Source: Promethearchaeota archaeon (lineage in GTDB: Archaea; Asgardarchaeota; Lokiarchaeia; Sigyniarchaeales; SOKP01). From it: a stretch of DNA of 64,000 nt. The notes under the pieces are model-generated. The model was given only the letters and a program-made list of their open reading frames with translations. It searched no databases and was not told the origin of the DNA. Of the stretch, positions 28,632 through 39,153 are shown piece after piece. The position numbers were made by a program, and so were the translations under genes. How positions within the stretch are numbered: position 1 is the first letter of the stretch; the number at the start of each line of letters is the position of its first letter. The stretch spans positions 32,001 to 96,000 of the forward strand of contig RDOA01000003.1 in NCBI GenBank assembly GCA_011364925.1, in the 5' to 3' direction.

Positions 28632-28907
28632 ATGGACATAATTAAGCATCTTGCAAGCAGATTAGCGGAATTAATAAATATTAGTGCTCCCGCTGCTCGA
28701 GGTTTAATTAAATTAGCTATTAAAGACGAGATTGGTCCTTTCAGGCCGTTAAATCAAGTTTCTTTTAATGAATTTAAAAGTACAATAGAAAATTCGCTAA
28801 AAAAAAGGTTAATTAATTTGGAGATAGCTACGCACGAATTGATCGTACAGTATTTAGTCAGAGAACTTACAGAATATCAGTCATTAATTACATTAGGAGG
28901 TGTGTAA
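28632..28907 (+). CDS. Small helical protein co-transcribed with 7-TM protein
   Basis: 91 aa; its 3' end carries the GGAGGTG RBS of the next gene. Confidence 0.75.
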   Translation: MDIIKHLASRLAELINISAPAARGLIKLAIKDEIGPFRPLNQVSFNEFKSTIENSLKKRLINLEIATHELIVQYLVRELTEYQSLITLGGV

Positions 28908-28909
28908 AG

Positions 28910-29704
28910 TTGACTCCTGAGCTTTTCTACATTGTGTTCGTGATCCTGTTTGGGATTTTTATTATCACTTTAGCGGTTATGGGCATTTTTCTTCTGATTA
29001 AAGGAGTAAGAAATAAGATGATTAACATCGTGCTGGTAGGATTAGCATTTATTTCACTACCAATTGGATTTATTGGAAATTTCATTTTTCAGTTGGGTTC
29101 AATTTTTCAAGAAACATTTATTGTGGCATGTTTTATTTTAACTGTGATTTTCACCAATTTAACATTTTATAAGAATAGGGGTTCATTTTCAAAGATACTT
29201 TTGTGTACAGTAATAATTTTAGCGTGCATTCAGTTATGGTTTTTCTTTATATCAGTTTACGGTGAATGGACTTATTATCTCTATTACATCCGTGTTGCTT
29301 TTGATTTTCCATATACATTTATAGTTTTTAACTGGTTATCGTATTCAGCTTATTCGGCTTATAAGCTCGTTAAATCGCAGAATATAGACCCGTGGATTAA
29401 GTTTAGATATAAGATGCTCGCAATATTCTCCTTTATCTTTAGTTTTCACAGTATTCCAGAATTTTTCCAACCTCCCGGAACTGTGTGGGGTGATCCTTAT
29501 AATATTGTGAGTTTAGCGGTTTTTGGAGGAACTGCTATTTTAGTAGTTGTATTCTCAATAGGATTTTCAACCGCTTGGATTATGCCGGGATGGTTGAAAA
29601 CCAGACTAAATAGAAACTACCACGCAATTGAAGACAAAGATTATCAAGAAAAAGAATTACTTGAATTGATAAAAAAAGAATTATCACAAAAAAGAACGCT
29701 CTAA
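28910..29704 (+). CDS. Seven-TM membrane protein (standalone sensor-like)
   Basis: About 7 hydrophobic helices; AWIMPGWLK tail. Confidence 0.75.
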   Translation: MTPELFYIVFVILFGIFIITLAVMGIFLLIKGVRNKMINIVLVGLAFISLPIGFIGNFIFQLGSIFQETFIVACFILTVIFTNLTFYKNRGSFSKILLCTVIILACIQLWFFFISVYGEWTYYLYYIRVAFDFPYTFIVFNWLSYSAYSAYKLVKSQNIDPWIKFRYKMLAIFSFIFSFHSIPEFFQPPGTVWGDPYNIVSLAVFGGTAILVVVFSIGFSTAWIMPGWLKTRLNRNYHAIEDKDYQEKELLELIKKELSQKRTL

Positions 29705-29769
29705 TGTCGAATGTTCAATCCTTTTAATTTTATTTTCCTTTTAATTATTAACAAGAAATAAGTAATACA

Positions 29770-30765
29770 GTGGACTCAAACTTGAATATTAATAGAAAAC
29801 AAGAATTCATCGCCTATGCATTACTCATAGTGACATCGATTATTTGGGGAGGTACGTGGCCATTGGGGCGATGGTTAGTATCGGAGGAGGTTGGTGGAGC
29901 AACCATCCCTCCATTGATGATTGCAACTATTCGCTATTTTCTCGCGGTAGTTTGCTTTCTTCTAATCCTTAAGCTTAAAGAAGGAACATTAAACTGGAAG
30001 TTTGCGAAAAAGTACTGGAAGACAATAGTTATGATGGGAATGTTGTCGGTGACAATATATCAAGCTGGTTATTTAATAGGAGAATTACTTACAAGTGCGA
30101 GTGATGCGAGCATAACGATTGCAACTAATGCTGTTTGGGTAGTCATACTTTCAAGCATCTTTTTAAAGACCGAGAAGTTTTCGTGGAACAAGATCGTTGG
30201 TTTATTATTAGCATTTATAGCAGTAGTGTTTGTAGTAGGCTTTTCTCCTAATGTAAATGTTGCAAATCGAATCGTTGGCGATATTATTATCCTCCTAGCA
30301 GCATTAGGATACGCAGCGTACACGGTCATATCTCGTTACTTTTTTAATAAAACTCGTGAAATCGAAGAATTGTTTAAACCAAGTTCACTTTGGCTAATAA
30401 CCTGGGTTTCCTTGTTTGGCTTTTTGATAACCCTCCCAATATCCTTAATTGTAAGCCCAGAATATTTAATTCCAGTGACATATTTGACAATTCCATCTCG
30501 AGTTTGGATCGGGATCTCATATCTTGCTTTCATTTCTACTATAGGAGCATATACTTTCTACCTAGAAGGAGTTAAGCGCCTAGACGCTAGTAGAGCAGCG
30601 ATTTTTCAGGCTTTAGTCCCTCTTTTTGGCGTTCTTTTTTCAGCACTGTTTTTACAAGAAAAGTTTGATTTCTTTATATATCCACTCTCCCTTTTGTTAG
30701 TTGTTGTAGGAATTATACTTGTAAACCTTAAAAAAAATCGAGATAATCCCAGTGATTTAAAATGA
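29770..30765 (+). CDS. EamA/DMT family transporter
   Basis: IIWGGTW, IRY, two 5-TM repeats, LDASRAAIF. Confidence 0.9.
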   Translation: MDSNLNINRKQEFIAYALLIVTSIIWGGTWPLGRWLVSEEVGGATIPPLMIATIRYFLAVVCFLLILKLKEGTLNWKFAKKYWKTIVMMGMLSVTIYQAGYLIGELLTSASDASITIATNAVWVVILSSIFLKTEKFSWNKIVGLLLAFIAVVFVVGFSPNVNVANRIVGDIIILLAALGYAAYTVISRYFFNKTREIEELFKPSSLWLITWVSLFGFLITLPISLIVSPEYLIPVTYLTIPSRVWIGISYLAFISTIGAYTFYLEGVKRLDASRAAIFQALVPLFGVLFSALFLQEKFDFFIYPLSLLLVVVGIILVNLKKNRDNPSDLK

Positions 30766-31223
30766 GAATACCGATACAGGTTTTAGTTTACCCAGTTAGG
30801 AGGATTAAGAAAGGATGGGAGTATCTAATGCTCAAAAGGGTTGAGAGCCGAGGAGGATTTTGGCAAGGAGTAACAGGAGCCCCTGAAAATAGCGAGACTA
30901 TTACTAAAGGAGCATATAGAGAGTTGATAGAAGAAACAGGTTATACATCGTTTATTCTAATCAAAACCGATATCTCTTATACAATTCCTATGGAGGAAAG
31001 ATGGGAGAATATCTATCCCAAAGGGACTAAAGAAATTCCTGAATATCTTTTTATAGCGCTAATCCACCAATCAATTCCACCTAAAATAGATCCAAATGAA
31101 CATACAGAATGGAAATGGTGTACATTCGAAGAAGCAATGCAACTTCTCAAATGGGACGATAATAAGAGCGCTCTCAAGTGTGTAAAAAAATATATAAACG
31201 AAGATAAGAAAAAAAAAGATTAA
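30762..31223 (+). CDS. NUDIX hydrolase (NudB-like)
   Basis: FWQGVTG...ET...AYRELIEETG; NEHTEWKW. Confidence 0.9.
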   Translation: MRIPIQVLVYPVRRIKKGWEYLMLKRVESRGGFWQGVTGAPENSETITKGAYRELIEETGYTSFILIKTDISYTIPMEERWENIYPKGTKEIPEYLFIALIHQSIPPKIDPNEHTEWKWCTFEEAMQLLKWDDNKSALKCVKKYINEDKKKKD

Positions 31224-31229
31224 CTTAAT

Positions 31230-31475
31230 TTAATCTGACCTTCTTGCTCTTAATATCAAAAGAAGTATCCCTACGCAAATTAAAATAATTCCAATTATTA
31301 GTCCTGAATACAAGACTACCCAAACCGCAGGAACTATATCTGGTCCTGGATATTCAGCTTCCAAATCTAAACCGAACTTGAGCAGAAAACCAAAAATAAA
31401 CGAAAGTATCGCACCACCTACAGTACTAATAATACCAAAAACTAAGAAGACATTTTTTGACACTCTTAACACCAT
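31230..31475 (-). CDS. Small two-TM protein (paralog of 31584)
   Basis: FGIISTVGGAI...YPG...LRARRSD vs FAILTLVGGAI...FPG...VRARVKD. Confidence 0.7.
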   Translation of the reverse strand: MVLRVSKNVFLVFGIISTVGGAILSFIFGFLLKFGLDLEAEYPGPDIVPAVWVVLYSGLIIGIILICVGILLLILRARRSD

Positions 31476-31583
31476 TCTTTTATAGATTTCTTTAAGATAT
31501 GCAAGAATAGTTTCTTGTGTATTTAAGTTTAACACATTAGTCAATAATTATCGCATCAAAAAATAAAAAAAATAGAATTTGAA

Positions 31584-31826
31584 TTAATCTTTTACTCGGG
31601 CTCTTACAATAAAGAGAATAATCGACACAACTATTAATGCAATACCCATAGAAAAGAAGAAATATAAGAAAAAATAACCTTGAGGATCCATTGTAGCTCC
31701 AGGAAATTGTGATGTTATAGCCACATGTAACATGACAATAATAGCACCAAGTGTCGTAAAGATTGCTCCTCCAACTAAGGTTAATATCGCAAATATTAAT
31801 AGAACTGTTCTTGCCACCTTATTCAC
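31584..31826 (-). CDS. Small two-TM protein (paralog of 31230)
   Basis: Same shared motifs; similar upstream GTATTTAAGTTT box. Confidence 0.7.
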   Translation of the reverse strand: MNKVARTVLLIFAILTLVGGAIFTTLGAIIVMLHVAITSQFPGATMDPQGYFFLYFFFSMGIALIVVSIILFIVRARVKD

Positions 31827-31922
31827 CTAAACTTTAAGACTTTGATATGACATATAAGGTTCGTTTCTTAAGTATTTAAGTTTTACATTTTCGTCTATTC
31901 TGTTAATTTATTGACAAAATTG

Positions 31923-33031
31923 TTAAGGATCTATGAAAATGTTTTTACACTTCGACTTAATTACTTTTTCTCCTACATTTGCAACCCTACGAGCTAACTC
32001 AGAGATTTTCCATCTCTCGTATCCTTTTACATAAGTGGAAAAAGTATCCTGAAGCGGTTCCTTCCATTTTATTGGGATTTTCTCTGCACCCAATCGAGTC
32101 CCAAGTATGGCACCAATCCACAGTTACAATCAGCATCGTATCCCATCATACCAGCAATGCAAATGGATCGACCAAACGAATCCTCCTTGTCATGATCGCC
32201 ATACAAGAGTGATAAGATAATGATCCCGATATTTGGAAGCACGTGTATTTTTGATTCGTATCCTTTTAGTACTGTAGCTCTTTCAGTATTCGACGCAGGT
32301 TCAAGATTAATGAAATCTTTCTTTATTTTGCTCCAGTGCTCGTAAATCAAGATTTCTCTTGCTTTTCTGAAATCGTTTGGATATAGTTCGTACATTTCAA
32401 TAGCTTTTTTTACTGTTCTAGTGTATAAACTCTCATTTTCATTGGGCAAAAAGCGTAAAGCTTGTTCGATAGTTGTTCTAATATCTTTCTCAAAAAATGC
32501 ATTAGAAATTAGAAGCGCTACAAATACCTCTCCTTCTATGCCAATGCCGGAGTGAGAGATCGAGCCATCCAATTCGCAATAATATTTAACAATTTCTGGA
32601 CATCCAGGAGCAATTTGACCCCAAATATCTGCTCTCATTTGAGCCCCTATAAAATCGAAATATGGATTATTATAAGTTCCAGATTTTGGAGGTAAAATGC
32701 CTGACTTTATGTTATTTAAAGCTACTTTTTCAGCGGTGAAAACTGCTTTGTCATACTTAAGTAGGCTTACCCATTCTAACGCGATGTCTTTTGATTTTAA
32801 ATCTAATCCGTATTTTTCTAAAGCTAATAAAGCGATGATTTCATACATTTCATCGTCGTTAACAGCATTTAAATTGATTTCTTGAGGGTAGTAATCAATT
32901 TCGCCATATCTTCTTGTAATAGTTTTAATTGTTCTTAATTCTAACGGTGCGCCAACGAAATCTCCTACAACTCTACCTATCCAAGATCCATGGACTCTTT
33001 CGTAGTATTCACTCGAAGTCAAATATTTCAT
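31923..33031 (-). pseudogene. ADP-ribosylglycohydrolase-family gene frameshifted near the 3' end
   Basis: GDFVGAPLE, NDDE, GAQMRAD, SH, DADCN. The homologous continuation IGAILGTRLGAEKIPIKWKEPL...FIDP* lies in another frame from 32117. Confidence 0.8.
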
Positions 33032-33138
33032 GATGCTCGAAATTTATTTAATCTAAATGTAATTACAATTAATTCCAGATAATAAATAAAATAAAGCTCA
33101 ATAAAAAAAAATATAGTTATTATCTATATCTATAATAA

Positions 33139-34626
33139 CTATTCTATGTATCTATTGTATCTTGTGAAATATACAGCATAGATAAAGAAAATTAGCATAG
33201 AGACGTACGCCATCCAATGATAACTTGGTGGCAATAAATAGACTTGAAGAATCATCGCAATAAAGCTACAAACGAGAAACGCTGTCCATACGAGTACTAT
33301 CAATCTAGGTATCGGTCTTTTTATTGTTAAATGCACAATAAAAGCAGCAATTGCATAACACATAATCACTATAAGAGAGATTGGAATCCAAAATCCTTGT
33401 AACCAAAATACAAACAATAGTGTACACGCAAAAAGTATGAAGAAATTCAAGTAATACAAGATTTTTCTGAAAATGTCTTTCTGATTATCAATTTTATACC
33501 ACCCTACGCCGAACCAAACAAATAGAATCCATACAGCTACTAAGTCTATTAAGTCGTAAGGATTGAAGGGAGCATCCATCAAATAATGAGTGCCCCACCA
33601 TGCAGTGATCATTCCGTATCCTAATATCTGAGTGAGCAAAATGTGATATGTTGAGTTACTTATAAGGGATATTTTCCTTGAAATCCACGATTTTGAAGTT
33701 TTAGGCAGTAAATTGAGCGCCAGCAAAACTAAGAACGCTGAATACGGAAAGACTAGAAGAGTATAATCTCCTCTAAGGAAGCGTTCACCCCCAATAATAA
33801 TGCGATAGTCAAAAAACTGATAGTCAATTATATACCCCAAACTTATTGGCAGCAAAACTAATATTACAACCCAAATGTGTACATCTCTTTTTTTAGTTAG
33901 TTTATAACCAAGCGAAAGCCACAGACCTAATCCAACAGCTGAAAGATAATAGGGTAAGCTACTCGCGAACATCGTGTACAGGTACACTTCCTCCCAAGAT
34001 GAATACGGAGAGCCAATCTGAGCGAAAAATACAATTAATTGCATTATAATTTCCACAACAAAAGTTAAAATCAATGTTAAAATTGGTGCTAAAATTCGAC
34101 TTCTCGTGAAAAGCCAATAAAGGAATGGGACAATGAGAATCGATTGAAATAAAACTGGAATGAACCAATTACCAGGTCCCCAAAAAGGCATGTACAAGTA
34201 AAACAGGTTGATAAATCCGTGATTATGATTAAGGTATTGGTTGTTATACATCAATTCAAAATCGAATCCATACATAAATAATCCAATAAATGTGGATACA
34301 GCATACAGAATGGCAAACGGGACGATGTAGCGCAAAATTTTACTCTTGAAATATCTCCAGGAATATACTTGCTTTAAAGAAGAAGCGCCGTGCCTTCTAA
34401 ATGAATGCCCCATGTTAAATCCAAGGATTACTAAAAAGACGGGTATGGAAATTCTTTCCCAGAGAGCAACCCCAAGATCATTTTTGATGTTCCAAGATAC
34501 CATGTGATCAAAAATAACTAAAAAGATCATTAGTGCTTTTAAAAAATCGATCTGAAAGAAGTGCGTGTCTCTTGAGGGTGAAGTTTCTTCATCTAGTTTA
34601 ATGATTGGAGGATCAATTTCATTCAT
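33139..34626 (-). CDS. Acyltransferase-3 (OafA-like) membrane protein
   Basis: IDFLKALMIFLVIFDH, IPVFLVILG, GNWFIP, STYHILLTQ. Confidence 0.85.
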   Translation of the reverse strand: MNEIDPPIIKLDEETSPSRDTHFFQIDFLKALMIFLVIFDHMVSWNIKNDLGVALWERISIPVFLVILGFNMGHSFRRHGASSLKQVYSWRYFKSKILRYIVPFAILYAVSTFIGLFMYGFDFELMYNNQYLNHNHGFINLFYLYMPFWGPGNWFIPVLFQSILIVPFLYWLFTRSRILAPILTLILTFVVEIIMQLIVFFAQIGSPYSSWEEVYLYTMFASSLPYYLSAVGLGLWLSLGYKLTKKRDVHIWVVILVLLPISLGYIIDYQFFDYRIIIGGERFLRGDYTLLVFPYSAFLVLLALNLLPKTSKSWISRKISLISNSTYHILLTQILGYGMITAWWGTHYLMDAPFNPYDLIDLVAVWILFVWFGVGWYKIDNQKDIFRKILYYLNFFILFACTLLFVFWLQGFWIPISLIVIMCYAIAAFIVHLTIKRPIPRLIVLVWTAFLVCSFIAMILQVYLLPPSYHWMAYVSMLIFFIYAVYFTRYNRYIE

Positions 34627-34947
34627 TTTTTATATCACTCTATTTTAGTTGTAATTTCGTTAAAAAATTGTTAATAACTCTTAACCATATGTAATTTTTT
34701 AATGTTAAAGGAGTCCGATTTTTAAAATCAAACTTAAAAATTATTTTATTAAAGTAAGGTATTGTAGTCAATTAAAAAAAATTCCCTTTTGATACTATTT
34801 TTATTTTATCAAATCATTAATGTTTGAGTTCGGCGAGAATAAAATCTACAACATACTGGCTAAGAAGTTATAGAAGTATTATGATAAATTATTTTCCATG
34901 GAATGATTTCCAGCGTGTCAACATTGAACTGATATCACATCCCCAAA

Positions 34948-35355
34948 TTAGATCTTATTCCAATCGTTCACAATGAGATCATCAATACGCTCGAAATGTT
35001 TAATATTTCCAGTATATAGGGATTCTTGATGAATAATACAAATACTAGCAATCAATTCATCTATAATCCCGATAGTTTGACCTCTTTTTTTAAGATCGGA
35101 AGAAAGTTTAGCAAATTCTTCTGCTGAGTCGTTTTCAAATAAAAATATTTCATCTAAAGCATCGACTAGTAATTTAACTTTCATTAGTCCTTTAGCAACG
35201 TTTTTCATAGAATAACAACCCTTGTATAATTCAGCTACATTGAAAATTGTTGTATTCAAAGATTCCTTTTCTTTTTTTAGATTATTAATTTTTGTATAGC
35301 TATCATTCTTACCCCTAAGATAATAAACTAAAACATCTGTGTCTAATACTGCCAT
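34948..35355 (-). CDS. vapC: PIN-domain toxin
   Basis: VLDTDVLV, AELYKG, DELIASIC, TGNIKHFERI. Confidence 0.9.
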   Translation of the reverse strand: MAVLDTDVLVYYLRGKNDSYTKINNLKKEKESLNTTIFNVAELYKGCYSMKNVAKGLMKVKLLVDALDEIFLFENDSAEEFAKLSSDLKKRGQTIGIIDELIASICIIHQESLYTGNIKHFERIDDLIVNDWNKI

Positions 35356-35366
35356 TTACTATCTCC

Positions 35367-35594
35367 TCAAATTCTAGCCGGTCTTCTTCGTTCTTGGTAC
35401 AAATCTTCTACGATTGTGTCCCATTCATCATCCTCTTTGAAAATCCCGGCTAAATCTTCTAACAATTTCTTTCTTGATTTTGATCTTTTTAATAATCTAT
35501 TTATTAAATCTGCAAAAGATTCTCCTTTCCGCTTTTCTTTACGCAGTCTATCGTATGTTTCAAGAGGTAATGATATCGTTTTATTTGCCATCAT
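35367..35594 (-). CDS. vapB: Antitoxin
   Basis: KTISL...YDRL...KRKGESFADLINRL, directly upstream of vapC. Confidence 0.88.
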   Translation of the reverse strand: MMANKTISLPLETYDRLRKEKRKGESFADLINRLLKRSKSRKKLLEDLAGIFKEDDEWDTIVEDLYQERRRPARI

Positions 35595-35719
35595 ATAATT
35601 ATAGTTATAAATTATATATATAAACTTGTATTGGATGATATTAACATCAGCAATCTATAAATTTAAGAGCATTATATTAATTTAAACATTAAAAAATAAT
35701 CAAAAAATGTGAGAATAAA

Positions 35720-36124
35720 CTGAAATCTAATTTGCATCACGCTCATCTTTTCGCGTCTAATCTTGACGAGAGCATTAAATTTTACCGAGAAATGTTTGGG
35801 GCAGAAGTTCTTTTTGATCTTGAATTAGCAGGAGCAAGAAATGTAATGATTGCCATTGGTTCATCAAAAATCAACTTTTACGATCAACCTCCCAAAGACA
35901 ATGGTAAGGGAGCTGTGCACCACCTTGGGATTGAAACAGATGATCTTGAAGCGCTTGTTGAACATATGAAGAACATCGGATTTGAATTCAGAAAGTCAAT
36001 TAAAAGTGTAGGTACTTTGAGGTATGTTATGGCTGAAGCACCGGACCATGTGCTTCTAGAGCTTTTTGAAGTTCTAAAAGATAAAGTTCCTGAGGATTTG
36101 TATAGTAAAATTTCCTCTTTATAA
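35720..36124 (+). CDS. VOC/glyoxalase family protein (probable CTG start)
   Basis: HHAHL...SIKFYREMFG, HHLGI, APDHVLLELF. Confidence 0.85.
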   Translation: MKSNLHHAHLFASNLDESIKFYREMFGAEVLFDLELAGARNVMIAIGSSKINFYDQPPKDNGKGAVHHLGIETDDLEALVEHMKNIGFEFRKSIKSVGTLRYVMAEAPDHVLLELFEVLKDKVPEDLYSKISSL

Positions 36125-36125
36125 C

Positions 36126-38039
36126 TTATTTCTGCTTGGCTTTTGTAAGAAATAAATCTGCTATTGCTAACCATTTTTGCTCGGTTTCAGCGTCGAGAGT
36201 ACTCTTTTTTGCTAAATTTTTACCTTCATCAAGGTTTTTAAGAGCTAAATCATACTTTTCAAGCGATTGATAACAAATTCCTAATTTAATATAAGTTTGA
36301 TAAATATACCAATCGTCGCTTCCAAGAACCATCGCTTTGAGAAATTTATTCACCGCTTCTTCGTAATCTTCAAAATACATTAATATTTCACCATATGTAT
36401 CTTGATAAAGTCCATTATTTGGTTCTTTTTTGGTAAGTTTCTGGATTAAGTTTAACGCTCCTTCTCTATCATCTAAGTATTGGAGCCAATAAGCTTTATA
36501 GCAAATAAGATCGTTATCATTTGGGTAGTTAGTGATTAATTCGTTAATGATTTCTAAACCAACTTCAACATTTTGCATTCTTCTAAGAACCGTTGCCTTT
36601 AATATTTTGAGATCTTTTTCATTTTCGGGAAATCTTTCCAGCAGGTCCTCTAGGTAATCTAAGGCTTCTCTATATTGATTAAAGTAGATTAAAATTCTAA
36701 GCTTCTGATAATATAAATTAAGATCACTTGGTTCCAGTTCAATTTTTTTCTCAATTTCCTGTATTTGTGGTTCTAATTGATCACCAAAAGATTTAGTCAT
36801 ATCTGATTGAAAAATAGTTGAAATTTTCTGCCAAATTATACCTTCTAGTTTATCGTAGCTCTCTTTTAATTTTCTTTTAGTCTCAATTTTATAAGCTAAA
36901 TAATTGATATATTCCAATAAGAATTCTTTTAAGGAAGGCTTTAATTCAATATTAAACAAGAACTCACAGCTCTTTTCTGCAATATCGTCTATAATAGATT
37001 CTACATCAGATCTAGGAAAAATTGGAGTGGATTTTGAAAAAAGTTTATTCAAATAGAAAAATTTAGCCAAGCTCTCCTCAATCAATGCGCGCAACATACT
37101 TTCTATTTTTCCTCCTGATTGAAAATAATAGTGTTCACCAGAAGAATGCCTTAATTCAAAAAATCTCAAAGGATATATTCTCCCCTCAGATATTTCAATT
37201 ATATAATAATCGAGCGTCGTTTTTTTAATATCATAGCGTTTTGAGAAATCTTCGGAGGAAATAGAGTTTGGATAGTTATCAGGATGATTAATTGAAAAGA
37301 AGAGTATAATTTTGTGAAACGAGCCCTCGTCTTTCAATAGCGGTTTAACTTTTTCGTAATCTAAAATTAAAATGTAGTTGAGAAATCTGAATTGAATATC
37401 CTTGTCTTTAATTTTATATTTATCAAAAAAATTGAGCGTTTTTTCCGTAATTTCTTCGATCCTTTTACCTTCCTCCTCTAAAATAGTTTGTCTATCCAAG
37501 TCGTAATTTTTAAGCATCCGTGAGTATTCAGATTTACCTAATCGGGTAATTGTATACTTTCCATCCTCTTTTACGATATTACCCTTTTCGATTAATGTAC
37601 TTAAATTCTTAGACAACGAAGATTGATTAATTGAAAGTGGTTCTTCAAGAAATTCAGACCTTCTACAGAAATTATTATTGTAGACCATCCAAAGAATCCA
37701 GTGAGTGTAATTTCTTCCACTCTTTAAAAGCACATCAGGTGGATAATTTAGTATGCGTGCTTTTTTCTTTGCGCTTGAGAGTTCGTTAAATTTCTTTTTT
37801 CCATCTGATGTGATTCTATAATGTCCTCTTGTGACTTTTTCAATAAATCCCTTACGTTGTAGGGGTTCCAAATGCCTAGAAAGCGTTCCTGGTGGAATCT
37901 TGAGCGGATCCTGACAGAAATCTGCCCATTTACACATTTCATTGTTGGTCAACATCCAGAGAATAATATGGTCATAATTAGGTCTATTCCACTTAGAAGG
38001 GGTATAAATCTTGTCTGGAGGGTAATTTACATTTTCCAT
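36126..38039 (-). CDS. Tandem winged-HTH + C-terminal TPR regulator (module A)
   Basis: Two repeats NYxHxILWM.xNN.xC...LSxxL..L..KG.I.K...Y.IT..GK, a third degenerate wHTH, and about 5 TPRs (YQDTYGEIL). Confidence 0.85.
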   Translation of the reverse strand: MENVNYPPDKIYTPSKWNRPNYDHIILWMLTNNEMCKWADFCQDPLKIPPGTLSRHLEPLQRKGFIEKVTRGHYRITSDGKKKFNELSSAKKKARILNYPPDVLLKSGRNYTHWILWMVYNNNFCRRSEFLEEPLSINQSSLSKNLSTLIEKGNIVKEDGKYTITRLGKSEYSRMLKNYDLDRQTILEEEGKRIEEITEKTLNFFDKYKIKDKDIQFRFLNYILILDYEKVKPLLKDEGSFHKIILFFSINHPDNYPNSISSEDFSKRYDIKKTTLDYYIIEISEGRIYPLRFFELRHSSGEHYYFQSGGKIESMLRALIEESLAKFFYLNKLFSKSTPIFPRSDVESIIDDIAEKSCEFLFNIELKPSLKEFLLEYINYLAYKIETKRKLKESYDKLEGIIWQKISTIFQSDMTKSFGDQLEPQIQEIEKKIELEPSDLNLYYQKLRILIYFNQYREALDYLEDLLERFPENEKDLKILKATVLRRMQNVEVGLEIINELITNYPNDNDLICYKAYWLQYLDDREGALNLIQKLTKKEPNNGLYQDTYGEILMYFEDYEEAVNKFLKAMVLGSDDWYIYQTYIKLGICYQSLEKYDLALKNLDEGKNLAKKSTLDAETEQKWLAIADLFLTKAKQK

Positions 38040-38132
38040 AATTTTAGAAAATTCGATGTTAATTATCTAATTTATAGATCGGGATCTTTCATATTTATAT
38101 CTTTTTTATCAAACCTTCGAAAAAAATCGATA

Positions 38133-38209
38133 CTATCGTGAATCTATCGTGAGCGGAATTATAAATGGAACAATATCTGAAGAGCAATTAATCATCATAA
38201 AGATGATTA
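38133..38209 (+). promoter_or_regulatory. Conserved promoter module, copy 1
   Basis: CTATCGTG at 38133 and 38144, TTATAAAT at 38159, TAATCATC-ATAAA-GATGATTA at 38189. Confidence 0.8.
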
Positions 38210-38259
38210 TTTACCAAAAAAAAGTTGAATTAAAAAAATTATGTAAGGTGAAAATGATA

Positions 38260-38907
38260 ATGAAAAAAAAATCAAAAGTGATTAAAGGTTTTCTTGCAAC
38301 ATCATTTTTCATAACTATCATAGCAATTGTTCCATCGGCGTTAGCTTTTGATCCTAATCGCTTCTACTTCGTAGCAATAGGAGATGATCTAGATATCCCA
38401 AGAACTACTAATTTTATCATAGGGAAGATTGAATTCGGTGAAGATGGTGAACTCCCATCAGCGAGCATACTTTTCTATTCAAAAGTCCGTGATGAATCAA
38501 GAAAAGTCTATACGATGACAGGAATGCTCAACGAGGTATATTTTATTGATAAGAGCTTTTCATTTTTCTGCCCACTCTTTAAAGTCTGGTTTGTTAATGT
38601 GTGGCAAGTCATGGGTCAGGGAAAGTTTAGGACTACTGGTACCAGCCCCCAAGTATACTTTCGAGATTTGTTTACAATAACCATGCCAAATACTGGAGGT
38701 GAAGTTGTATCAGCACAGATTTTAGTGTTATTAAGCCCTACAGCTGAATATAGAGAGGGTGATCCCATAAATGGACCGACAGGACCAGTTAAAATTTGGG
38801 AACAAGGAAAATGGGCCCTTGCTGCGGTTATATGGTATGTTCCTGAAATTGATGATTATATGCCAATTGGTCCGATATCCGATATGACAATATTCATAGG
38901 AAGATGA
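38260..38907 (+). CDS. Exported beta-rich protein
   Basis: AGGTGA RBS then MKKKSK...SALA signal peptide. The track start at 38149 lies inside the promoter. Confidence 0.75.
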   Translation: MKKKSKVIKGFLATSFFITIIAIVPSALAFDPNRFYFVAIGDDLDIPRTTNFIIGKIEFGEDGELPSASILFYSKVRDESRKVYTMTGMLNEVYFIDKSFSFFCPLFKVWFVNVWQVMGQGKFRTTGTSPQVYFRDLFTITMPNTGGEVVSAQILVLLSPTAEYREGDPINGPTGPVKIWEQGKWALAAVIWYVPEIDDYMPIGPISDMTIFIGR

Positions 38908-39153
38908 ATCCTATAGTGCTAAATCAATCGTAACAGATAATAAATATATTTTAAATTCTTTTTTTTTTTATAATATCCTTTAGACTATTATTAATTTATT
39001 TACTCTTAAAGAGATTTTTGTCAAGAGAAATCTAATCCAATAATATATGAAATTAATAGAAAAGAATGTTAAGATCCATAATCTATTACACTACATTTAA
39101 AACACTAATTAGCTTATAATATTCATAGGTTTATTATCCAAACAGTTGAGTAT

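Noticed and set aside
38149-38259. Track N-terminal extensions of the ORFs at 38149 and 45503
   Set aside because: These starts fall within the conserved promoter or hairpin; downstream starts give proper signal peptides
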